Positions 14,655 to 26,000 of a DNA stretch of 64,000 bases are shown here, piece by piece. The position numbers and the translations under genes are program-made. The stretch's first letter is position 1, and the number at the start of each line of letters is the position of its first letter. Origin of the DNA: Blepharisma stoltei ATCC 30299. Lineage: Eukaryota; Protista; Ciliophora. The notes under the pieces are model-generated. The model was not told the DNA's origin. It saw only the letters and a program-made list of their open reading frames with translations, and searched no databases. The stretch spans positions 1,364,001 to 1,428,000 of the forward strand of contig CBFDEM010000053.1 of assembly GCA_965603825.1 (NCBI GenBank), read 5' to 3'.

Positions 14655-15035
14655 ATGGAAAACTTTTCATCTAAAAAAGTTGATGCGACTTTAGAAGAAG
14701 ACAAATTTAACGTGTTTTACAAGGATTTTTATGAAGTAAAGCTTAAGCCTTATATCAAAAAGGTAAAGTACAATAATTTTAACTGTTCAGTTAGCTGCAT
14801 CAATGATAAAGAAGTCAATCAAGAGTGCTTAGCTAATTGTGGAGTAAAAGAAAAGAATTTTTTTCAGCATATAGAAGATCTACTTTTACCCAGGATAGCA
14901 CACTATGAGAAGTGCTTTGATGCTTGTGAAGGCAAGGAGGATAATGCAAAATGCGTGGAAAAATGCTGTAGTGAGACTCTGGAATTATTAAAACAAATTG
15001 ACGTACATAAAGAAATGGGACAATTTATTAACTAA
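14655..15035 (+). CDS. Small protein with two twin-CX3C pairs, FAM136A/DUF842-like (probable mitochondrial intermembrane space)
   Basis: CSVSC-x9-CLANC-x24-CFDAC-x8-CVEKC in a 126-aa helical protein; matches the FAM136A cysteine layout as I recall it. Confidence 0.6.
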   Translation: MENFSSKKVDATLEEDKFNVFYKDFYEVKLKPYIKKVKYNNFNCSVSCINDKEVNQECLANCGVKEKNFFQHIEDLLLPRIAHYEKCFDACEGKEDNAKCVEKCCSETLELLKQIDVHKEMGQFIN

Positions 15036-15232
15036 AATCTACTCATCCAAAATGAAGTAAATATGGGAAAATCTTCTTTAGCAAGAAGAATTTAGACAGG
15101 AAATAAATTTATAAAATCAATAATTCATCAATCTCAGAAATTTTTATCCTAAAACCAAAACTTTATTAGAAAAGCCTCAAAATTATTATTTTAGATCTCC
15201 AAAAGATTGAATAGGCTCTTGATCGCAAAAGT

Positions 15233-16876
15233 TTAAGTATTTTTTATTGGCGGAAGATCTAAGGAAGATTTTGTATTCTGAAAGATTAAGCTATGGGAAT
15301 TCCTTTTATGTCTTATAGGGTTTTTAAAGGAAGTATTTATGGTATTGCAACCTTCATCTCGAGTTAAGCTCAGGTCCAGACTGCGTTCAGTTTTACACTC
15401 TTTGTCTTCTCCAATTCAGTTTACGAGGGTTCCTAAATTTCTATATAGATCCTCTCGCTTCTTTTTAATTGAGTTAGGATTTTCACCTGTTTTTAATAAC
15501 GTTCTGCAGAGTGCTAAGACCAAAACAGCTGTCAACTCCAATTGTCTCTTTGCCAAATCATTATTCTGAGATATTTTATTAATATCTTCCTGTTTTCCCA
15601 TCACTTTTAATATATCAAAAATCTCTATTTTGTCTGCTTTTCTGTTTATTTCTTGATAAACTTGTTCAAGTGTCCTTGCAATCATACTTACATCTTGATT
15701 ATCTCTTTTAATAGACTCAAACCTGCTTATCACACTTTGCATGGAGCTTTCCAAAGCTTTCTGTGAATTGTAAATGGCAAGAATCTGTGATTGAGTTTGA
15801 GAATGCTTAGTGTTATTCATATTTAATTGCTCTAAAAACATAGATTTTGTGACGAAGCTAGGAAGCTGCTGCTTTACAGCTTCTAAATCATCTTTCGATG
15901 ATTTTTCTAGCAAAATTTCATCAAATCGTTCCAGCACAAAGCTGAACTTGGTAACTGAAGTTTGAGCTGCTTCCGAATGAGATCTCATTTCAGAAACGTA
16001 GGAGCTTATATCAGTTCTCAGTTCTTTCATTTCTGATTTATTTATTTTGTCTTCAACGTTTTTCTTGATTTCGCTGATGTCTTGAGCCCATGGTGAACTT
16101 TCAATATATTCTTTAAGCGAAAAAACCTTTGACTCTGTTCTCTCTCGAACTAATTCAAATGTATTTTTAACATAATCTATTTTAGAATTCGTCAATTCAA
16201 TGTTTTCTTTCAAAAATTCTTCACATTTCTTGATTTTCTCAACAGTATCTTTATTCTCGTTTTCTAGTTTTTCGAATTTTTGATTAATTTCTTTAATTAG
16301 TTCCATGGCTTGCTCCTTTGTTTCGAAGATTTTCATAGTATTTTCTACTTTATTGATCTTTGCACGAGATTCTTCAAGTTCAGATTTCAATGCAAAATTT
16401 TCAAATTTCGCTTTTTCTTCTTCAAAAATCAGCAAGGGAGTCATTGTGTCTACGTATTTTTTTAAATCTTGAAGCTCTTTTGAAAATGCCCTTGCGTAAA
16501 GAGCAGTTTTTATGTCTTTGATGTTTTCTTTGTTATCAAGATCAGCATATGTGAGGACGTTAACTTCGTTTCTCATCTCGTTAATTAAAATATTAAACCT
16601 TGCGAACTCGCCTGAAATGCTTCTATTTATGTCATTCATGTAGCTTTTATAGTCAAAAAACGATTTTTTGACTGAATTTACTTCTTCAGAATTTTCTGCT
16701 TTGGATTTTAAACAAATAATTTCTGTTATAGTATAATTTTTGTCATTGGGGAGATTCATTGATTCTTTTATTGCTGATATTTCTTCAATAAAAGCATTGA
16801 ATGGTTTGAGTGTTTCTTTAAGTTGGTCAATTTGGAGTTGTAGAGAGATTGGCTCTTCTGGAAAAGATTGCTCCAT
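15233..16876 (-). CDS. Long coiled-coil protein of unknown function (547 aa)
   Basis: ORF 15416..16876 continues through TGA 15416 for 60 codons to TAA 15233-15235 (ends LDLPPIKNT). E/K/L-rich heptads. Confidence 0.75.
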
Positions 16877-16897
16877 GTATTTATTTTATTTACATTA

Positions 16898-18934
16898 TTA
16901 ATCAGATGAAATAATTGAGTTTACAAATTTTAAGAACCTTGCGCTATAAGCTTCACTGTTGATTGATGAAATATCCTCCTTTTCAACGTTTGGTTTGATA
17001 ATACTTTTGCTTATCGTTTCGATTTTTTTAAGGCTGTTATAAGTTTGCAAATAATCAATGATCCCAACGACATATGCATTTTCTTTATCTTTGTCAGAAG
17101 ATTTTAAGTAATGCTTACTATTGCTAGGAGTTGGAGTGCCAATCCCAAGCAGCAAGGAGTAGTCCATAATATTTAGCTTTGAAAATAACTTTGAGTCTTC
17201 ATATATCTTTTGCTTCAAAGCTAAGCTATCACTGTAGCTTACATATAAATTCTTTTGGGTTCTTAAGAAATCAAGATCTTTATAAATGAGATCATTAGTG
17301 AGGTCAGCTAATGAGTCTGCTTGCTGTCCATGAATGGATTCTCTGTCAAGTTTGCTTCCTTTCATATCGAAAATTGCTTTTAAATTCATAGGTGGGAAAA
17401 TATTTTGCATAATGATCAATTGAAGATGACTGTTTTGAAATTTCAATGAAAAAAACCCTAACAATCTTGCTATAATAGAATTTGGGTGATTTTCTATATG
17501 ATGGTGATAATTTTTCAACAAAACTTCCAGCAAAACTTTTTTTTCTTCTCTCGTAATAGTTTTTATTATATATTTTTTGTCATGTGTAAAATAAAAAAAT
17601 GCTGAGCTTCTCCCACCTTTGTTCCCTGTGTTTTTCTTGATCATTGAAATATTGAATATGGGATGGAATGATGAAATCATATCATGATCATTTATTCCTT
17701 CTAAATTTCGCAAATGTCTGAACACCAGTGGGGCATATTCTACGATTTTGCAATGAAATCTCATAACTATATATTTTTTACAATAATTAATTAATGTGCC
17801 ATCTAGTTCAATTTTTGATAAATCCTCTTGTAGCATTTCGAATTCATAGACTTGCTTATAAAAATCAACGCTGCATTTATATTACCTTCAAAACTTAAAA
17901 TCTTTTTCCTCCTGCATATAATCCTTTTCCTGAGAGCTTTTCAAAAAAATCAAACAAACTGACACAAGTGAAGTCAAAACGGCATCAGCATAAACTGACT
18001 GGAACATATGGGTGTAAGAGGATTCATAGACACTGGAAATTCTAACATCAGCAAGGGATGTCCCAATTTCATTTGTGGCTTCGTTTAAAATAGTTGTAAT
18101 TGTGTTTTTAAAAATTTTTGGGTTTCGGAGGCCAAGTCTTTTCCTTATCCAACGGACAAAAGCTGGGTCTGAAAGTCTTACTGAGTTTATTGCTAAGCCA
18201 GAAATGCTTGAAAATGTCAGCGAAATGTAGCTTAGCCAAGGTGCTGTGACGCCTTGGTCATCTTGAATTATCGTGCTTAAACTCATAGGAATCCAAAATA
18301 AACAGTAAACTTGTAAAAACAGTGCATGTTTCCCAAGAAGAGTTTTCAAGGTTTCTGATCGAGACTGTCTAATGTAAATAAAAGAAAAAACAACTCCTAG
18401 AATGCTAAAAGGATAATAAATTATAAAGGGGATAAACATCAGCTTCCTATATAGAAATTACGCCGCTCAGGTACCTGATTTTATAAAGCAGGCTTCATTT
18501 GCAGATTTTCCTGCTGAACTTGAAATCCCTACAAGGAGGACTATTAAAAATCCAAAAAAACAGCTTGTGATATGATACAGTGGCGATCTTTTTTTGTAAT
18601 TCCTATTTGTAGGACTATTTATTGTCAAAAGCACCTCAATGCTGAGACTCAAGCTATAATTTCAGCTTATAAAAAAACAGCAGATAGTAAACATCCCTGC
18701 TATTTCGCAAGTAAAGTCTGAGAGGCTTTCTCCGGTTATTCAATAATGGACAGCGCTATAGGTAATTTGCAAGTCAATCACATGCTGCATGAAGCACTGT
18801 CAGAAAATAATCATCCCTGGGTGTTTTCTCAATCCTTTAATTTTTGCATAAGCAATAAGAACTAGCAATCCAGTTATGAAAGAAATAAGTCCAAAGGTAG
18901 AGTATACTAAAAATTTGTACTGCGTAATGTTCAT
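16898..18934 (-). CDS. 7TM GPCR-like receptor fused to a C-terminal phosphatidylinositol-phosphate kinase (GPCR-PIPK, RpkA-like), 668 aa, 3 exons
   Basis: ATG 18934; five TGA=W; two 15-nt introns (18447-18461, 17871-17885). Seven hydrophobic segments, with TM3 C..AG...SW.Y....E typical of the cAMP-receptor-like class. PIPK motifs GGRSSAFFYFT-D-KYIIKT, FDMKGS, KDLDF, MDYSLLLG, IIDYLQ. Confidence 0.85.
17871..17885 (-). other. 15-nt spliceosomal intron GTAATATAAATGCAG
   Basis: GT...AG, 15 nt, A at position 10, contains an in-frame TAA. Removing it joins the 7TM part to the PIPK ORF in frame. Confidence 0.85.
18447..18461 (-). other. 15-nt spliceosomal intron GTAATTTCTATATAG
   Basis: GT...AG, 15 nt, A at position 10, contains an in-frame TAA. 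Removing it joins TM4/ECL2 to TM5 in frame. Confidence 0.88.
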
Positions 18935-18942
18935 ATTTATAA

Positions 18943-21276
18943 TTAATTTAAATTACAAAAAGAGAATGGGACAAACTTTATTCCTTCGCCAGCATAAAAT
19001 TTATTTTGAAATTCAACCCAATGGAGTCTTAAAGTGTGCAAAAAGCACTCAATTGAAGCCATCATTAGCAAAACTATAAAAGTTGCAAGGACAAAAGCAA
19101 AAAATCCAATAGCAACCAGAAAAGGATCCCCAACTTTAATCGGATCGAATACGCACATAGTAAGAAAAGTTTTTGATAGTTCAAAATGAGCAAGAGATAA
19201 TGCCCAAAGCCTTAGATATGATGCTGAATTGCTCACTACGCCTACCGTCGTTTCTATAGTAAAAATTAGTTGTTTGGTGAATTCTTCAAAAAAATCAAAA
19301 TCTTCAATTTGATTGATCTCTTCATAGTGAATTCTTTTGGAGCGGATATACCTCAGGTATAAAGGCTTAGGTAAAAGCATAATAGGAAGACATAGTAAGG
19401 CAATTAAAAATAAGCAAGCTTGCAAGGATTCTTGGCTTTCTCTATTGCCCCATAGAGGTTTTTGTCCGTGAAGTCCACCGAAATCAAGGAAAATCCCTAA
19501 AAATGTGTTTATCAAGCTAGGTGCATTGTCATCATAGTTATAGTTTCAATCTTGGTTTCATTTAATAAAAATCATGCAGACCAAATATCCAAAAAGGCTA
19601 AGCATAAATATAAATTGAGGCATGACCTCATAATAAAAATCAATCCTCTTCTTAAATGCTATAGAATTTAATCCTTTATACATTATTCCAATAGTCATAT
19701 GGAGAACACCAAAAATTATTGAGATTTTCATTTTAAAAGAATTCAAAAATGATAATTCGTTATCAGCTTTTGACCATATCGGATCCAATCCAAATGGATA
19801 AGCAGAATCTTGCTCATATTCTCCTGATGAGTTTTTCTGTCACTTTGAACCGAATAAATTCAAAGGAATTCCAAAGAATTCATTGTATATAAATCCGGAG
19901 TACATCGAAAATACTCCCATAGTTAAAATAAGATATCGGTAAGGAGCTGCCGCGCTCAAAATACCATTCGAAATTTTCAATTTTGAATGCTTTAAACATA
20001 GATAAGCACCTATCAAAGTTAAAATTAGTCCATGGCCTATATCTCCAAGCATGATTCCAAAAAGAAATGGAAAAGTTATGCAAGTAATCGGAGTCGGGTT
20101 TATTTCTCTATATGAAGGGATTCCATAAGTATCAATCAACCCTTGTATAGGGGCTGTAAAATCATTTAGTTTGAAAAAAGAAGGAGGAGTTAAATATCGA
20201 GGGATTTCAAAAACTTCTTTTAAATCTGCCCTGCCTTCGCCGTATTCATTGATAATGACTCTTATATAGTCTATTTTGCTTTTAGGGCACCAGCAGTTGC
20301 CTTGCCATAGTGTATTGCTTGTATCAAACATATTAAGCGTTTTAAAAATTTCTTTTTCTTTGAGAATGAACGATTGGTATTCATATATCATAGAGTAAGC
20401 GCCATTGTCAAGTTTTGGCTTACAAAATCTTTGAAGAAGGTCTCTCAAATTCTCTTTTGTCTTTTCTGCGATGGATTTGTTGTTGATGATTTCAAGGTGT
20501 AAATAGTTTAGCAAATCGTCCATTTCGTTAGGGTTACCAGGAATTTCAATGCGTAGGCTGCTCATAGCGTCACATATTCTCCTCAGAGAATTTGCAACTG
20601 CACCTTCTTCATTTCCCATGAAGACTATGAAAAATATAGCCTGATCTAATTTCTCATCAGTTTTGGGGTCTAAAATTTCATCTTTTAAATCATAAATAAA
20701 AGTTAAACAGTTTCCTCTTGTAACTCGAAAAGCCATCCTCTTTAACATTTCTGATTCATTTTTATTTATTACCCCAGCAAACTTTGCAAACAAAGATAAA
20801 TTTTCTTCAACCCCTTGGAATCCAAAAATTTCTTTTGCTTTTTCCAGCACAGTTTTCTTTTCAATTAAAGAATTAGCCATCCTTAAAAGCTGCTCATAGC
20901 TTCGAAGCTGAGTTAAGATTTGATTTTCAATTAAAGCGAGTTCTTCTTCAACCCTTTCAAAAAACGCTTGTTCCGGCATTTTAAAGATTTCCAGTTCCAA
21001 ATCTATGTCTTCTAGCAGCATTTCGGGTATTGCAGGGTCTAAAAGCGGAATTTTGAAACGATGAATTTCTTGAATAATAAAGGAAATTCTCCTTAATGCT
21101 TCTTCAGATCTTCTTATATAAGCTGAAAAAGTTCTATTAACTATACTACGCTTATTGTTCAAGTCTATGAATTGAAGAGCAGATAATTTCCCAAGCTCAG
21201 TTAAGAGTTTTCATGCCACGTCAGAATGGGTGATTAGAGCATAGTATCCCATTTCTTCAGGTCTGAGCAGCCCCAT
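18943..21276 (-). CDS. V-type H+-ATPase V0 subunit a (777 aa)
   Basis: ATG 21276 (MGLLRPEEM..., LQFIDLN). Fragments joined by TGA at 21211, 19840, 19558, 19546. Motifs YGIPSYREINP, YPFGLDPIW, NSFKMK, SNSASYLRLWALSLAH (essential Arg present), LRLHWVEFQNKFY. Confidence 0.95.
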
Positions 21277-22013
21277 TAAATTTTATTAAAAAATTTATGC
21301 GTGAAGCATTTTTTAATGATAATAATTACTTTTATTATCTTTATATTGCTACTTAAAGCTAATCAACCTTCATTGACTTAAGTCAAAATTAAATATTTCT
21401 GCATTGAGTTTGTTATTAATATAGATTCCTCGTTTATTTTATGGCAATACATACAAGGTCAGAAACTAATCTTTTAGCTCTAATTTGTCTCAAGACGCAT
21501 TCATCTCCAATTTGCTATTCATAGATTGGTCCATTTCGAATTCAATCAAATCCAGTCTATTGATTTTATATCCCTCTCTGAAAATTCATAAATGCTATAT
21601 TGAAAGAGTTAACCAGCTCTACGCATCGGAAAAAAGCGATTAATTGCTTTTCTTCCGAATCAAATTTAATATATAGAGTCGCAATCATCAGCTACCTCTC
21701 ATAAGCAGTAGATTTTTCTATTGAATATATTTGATACTCTACAACAAGGCTCTCAAGATGATTCTAAATGAAATCTTAAATTCTTACTGATTATAACAGT
21801 TAACTCATTCTCTCTACTTCTTCAAATTTGGGTCTTCTCAAAAAGATTGATATTTTATCTGACAGCTGCTAGGGATTTAATAATCAATTATCAGAATTAT
21901 TTGCTTATGTATTTAGACATTTTTTATAAGGAGTTAGTTGAGATTAAAATCTGGCGAGCTATTTAATCAAAATATAACTCACAATGCTAAAAGTGATAAT
22001 AATTTAATTTAAA

Positions 22014-22637
22014 ATGTCAAGCAAGACCAGAAGAAAATCAGAAACTCAATATAAAAATAAGCTTAAAAGAAGAAAAACCGAAATAACCTTAACAAATGTA
22101 GTGAATACCCCAAGAGTGTCGATTTCATCTGAAGCTTGTTTAAAGACTCCTTCAACTCCTAACCTCTATAAAATAACTGGGCCAAATGGAATAAATTCCT
22201 CCCAAAGCCAAAACACGCTTCCAAAAGTTCGATTTCAGCGGGAACTTTCAACAGAAAAATCGAAATATCCAGCTTTTCAGCGATATCTGGAGCATAAATA
22301 TGGGAAAAAGGTTAAAAATTTAAGTCCCCCAGAAAAGCCGCTTCCAATTAAGCGCCCAAGAAGTGTAAAGCTTTTGAAGAACAATTTATATGATTTATTA
22401 GAATTAACTCCAAGCTGCACAGAAAGCGATATAAGGCAAAGTTATAAAAGACTAGCTATAAAGTGTCATCCTGATAAAGGTGGTGATCCCAAGCATTTTA
22501 GATGCTTGAAGCAAGCTTATGATATATTAGGGAATGTAGATTTGAAAGAAATTTATGATAATGAAGGATTAGATGGAGTTAATGCTCTGCAAGAAGTTGA
22601 AATGGATGAATTATTAGAGTGCTTAAAAAGTTCATAA
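22014..22637 (+). CDS. J-domain (DnaJ class C) protein with a C-terminal J domain and a basic N-terminus
   Basis: LYDLLEL...IRQSYKRLAIKCHPDKGGD...AYDIL...YD; HPD intact. Confidence 0.85.
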   Translation: MSSKTRRKSETQYKNKLKRRKTEITLTNVVNTPRVSISSEACLKTPSTPNLYKITGPNGINSSQSQNTLPKVRFQRELSTEKSKYPAFQRYLEHKYGKKVKNLSPPEKPLPIKRPRSVKLLKNNLYDLLELTPSCTESDIRQSYKRLAIKCHPDKGGDPKHFRCLKQAYDILGNVDLKEIYDNEGLDGVNALQEVEMDELLECLKSS

Positions 22638-23054
22638 TACTTTTTAAAATAGACAAAATTATTTAATAAAAGTTTATTTGGTAATTTTTTTAATATATTA
22701 ATGATTTTTATAAAATATTTAAGCTAATCGCTAAAGGGCTTTTGCTATTAATTACCACATTATATAAAAATGAATTGAATTATTATATAAAGCTATAAGT
22801 AATTAAAGGCTTATGTTTGATTCTAGGTGAATGCGAATATATTAAATGGGTACGATAAAATTCTATTTATTTACTATTAATCTTTTTTTAAAAATTATCA
22901 TAATATAAACATTGCATATAATTATTTTATCAAATAGCATTATCTCTAGCTAAGCTAGTCAACTATTAATCACTATAATAGTTAATTTATAATACCCCCT
23001 TAATTTTTATTTTTGAATTTAGTCAAAAGTAAGTTAATGAAGATTTAAATTACT

Positions 23055-26000
23055 TTAATCATCTTCTTCCCATCCTGCGGAGGCTGATCCATCCAGATCG
23101 ATATCAGTGCAATGTGTGATTGCGTACAGCAGCTTGTTCTTCATTGTTTCTTTAGTAGTGTAAGGAGGCAAATCTATCGTAAAGAAGCAAGTGTGTGTGA
23201 CTGGCATATAGTTATTAACTGGTCCAGGAGGATTATATCTTGTAATAGTCATGTGCTTCCAGTCTCTCCCAGATGGTAGCTTCGATCTTCCCCATACGAA
23301 TTTCAAGTACAAAGCTCTTTCCTTAGGTATCATTTCAGTAAGGGCTTCCCAGAACCAGACAATGTGCTGATCAGTTGCACTGCAGTTGCTATAGTCAGTA
23401 TTGGCTTTGAGAATATCGATATCAATATTGGCAGCTCCACAGACTAAAATTTCTAGCTGTTTCCAGCTGAACAAGTTCAAATAATCAATTGGCACGACTG
23501 CGCTCATGCCCTTTCTAATAGCTTCATAAGCTTTAGGATTCTCAGCAAGTCTGTATTTTTCTACCAAATCTGCATACTGCCCTGCATTTTCATAGGTGAC
23601 AGTAATATCTTTGCCATTTTCGATAAGGTCAACTTCACGACCTGAAGAATCTTTGGTAGTGAACTTCACATCGTATGCATAATTGAAGTTTTCTGGTGTC
23701 AATTGGTTGGCTTCAAGGTTCCTTAAGATTTCCAAAATCTGTACACAGCAGACATCAACTCCTCTAAGGTCTTTAATAGAGACTGGATCCATCAAAAGCC
23801 TCTTCCAAAACATTGGTGGGAATGACAATCCTAAGTTGTTCTGAGTTCTTATAGCAGCTCCCATCACTTTTCCGAGGAAGACGTAGAGTTCTAAGTCCTG
23901 CTTGCTTTCTGCTGCAGGGTTGATGATCCAGGATTCTCTGTTTTCTCCAATGTTATGCACATTGTTAGGACAAGGTACAAGAAGTCTCAAATAAGATGAC
24001 TGCAGCTCATCTACCATGTTGCTGATAGATTCGTTATAAGGACCACCGGCATCAGTAGCAGCTTCACCTCTATAGCTGACTCTATAGAACCTTTCAGAGT
24101 TTCTGAATTCTCTATTCTGCTTGCTGATCAAGGCTCTGTAGATCTGACCAAATATTGAGAACTGTCCTAGGGTGTCGACTTCTTTTCTGTCCCTATGTCT
24201 TGCTGCTTTAGGTCTATCTATGGTTATTTCAGTCCTTACATCCACATTAGTCTTTGAGATGCAGTCCTTGAGCAGAGTGTTCTTGATCTTGAAGAAAATA
24301 TAGCTTTTAGAGCCTGCGAATACCCTTTGCAGTTCAGAAATGCCTTGCTGAGGATCAATATGCAAGTTGAATAAGTAAAGAGATGCCTCAACTCGTTTAT
24401 TGAAGTTAAGCAAAATCTGATATAGTCCTCTGATGTCGTCTTTGCTGAGTTTTTCCAGCTCTGGGTAGTAAATCAGTTCTGCTTCAGTTGGGTCGATTTC
24501 TTCGTTAGTAAGGGCTAGCACGTCTTTGCCTTTAGACTGGGTGAACTCATCAAGATAAATCACTAGCTGTTCAGCTGCTCCAGTGCAAAACAGTCGCTTA
24601 AACTTAGCTGAATAGGTGTCTCTCCACTCGGTCTTGATCTCTTCAGTTGCAAAGCTGAGCAGTGACTCAATCACTTTCATATTTCTGCCTTTGAAGTCTG
24701 GGATCACCTTGAACTTGTAGCCCCAAAGGGTCGAATCGCTGCCACTTGCAATATTCAGAAGGTCCACATGTGCTGGAATTGAAGGTCTTTCTGAAAGAGT
24801 CACAGCTTGTTGAGGAGCTGTTAAGACAGCAACAAACTTAAGTGGTTCAGATTCTTCAGTGAACTCTGTGCCCAGATTTTTAGTAGCTATTTGTTCTCCA
24901 TTCTTATAGAAAGTAAATGTGCAGGCGTCGAAGTTAGCATGGACTCCAATGACATCATGTAAGCCAAAGCCGTCAGTGTCACTGTATAAAATCATGTTGG
25001 TCTCAGCTTCAAGGTTCTTGTTTTCAACTGATGACTTCATAGCCAAGCCAATCCCAATTCTTCCTTCGCTGTTTACAGTTGCTTCTATATAATGATTTCC
25101 TGCTCTAAGATCAACGCTGCTTTCATATATAGAGTTCCCTTCGTCAACCTTAGTGATTGTTAGTTTTCCATCAGATCTATTAGCTGAGTCTTTAGCACCA
25201 AGCCAGAAGTGGCTCTTGTTAAATCCAGAGTTTACAGGGAACCAGGCATAGACGGTGTCTCCATTCACTTTAAGTTTTTTCTTGTCAATTGTAGCTTCTC
25301 CAAAGCCAAGCTTTTCTACACTTTTGATAGACACCAATTGGTTGGATCCACCAAAGCAGATAGCAGGGATGACACTTTGAGAAAGTCCAGTGAATTTGTA
25401 AATTTCTTCTTCGTTCTTAAAGAAAGTTAGCTCTTTGGAATCTGCATCAATCAACATGACTACAGTATCGTTGGTTCCATATCCAGCTCCTGAGGTATTT
25501 GAGCCTTTCTTATGGAATTCTCCACTCTTCTTCCAAGTCCAGACTTCTCTTGAACAGTCGCTGCCAATATACTCGCTTAAATTGTAGTCAGTACCATCTG
25601 ATTTTATGACTCCAATGTACAGATAAGCTGAATCTCCGTCGTTGTCTATGTGCAAAGAAATCTTGATCTTTCCTGAACTGTAGCTTTCATTGAAAATTGC
25701 AGTTCCCCAGCCTGAAGAGGTGGTTCTGGTGACTGTCTTGTTGTTGTTTGATAAGGCAATATCAGGACCCTTTGGCATGTCAGCCCAGTTTGATGATGAA
25801 GACTCAACACCAATGACTGTTTTTTCGATAGAGGATTTACCTTCTTCGTCATAGCTGAAGAAAATGGTGTCTCTTGGCTCCACTTTGCTTTGAGAGTCGA
25901 ACTCAATGTTCAAAAAGGCTGCACCTGGGATTTGAATTCTTTCGCACTTAGTTTGTCTATTGTAAGGATGGGAAGACTCCCTGACCTGCTCGGCACTTGC

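Noticed and set aside
1196-21276. Pseudogene cluster or frameshifted genes (fragmented ABCA, V-ATPase, PIPK ORFs)
   Set aside because: All fragments are in frame and broken only by TGA at Trp positions or by 15-nt introns; no frameshifts, catalytic motifs intact.
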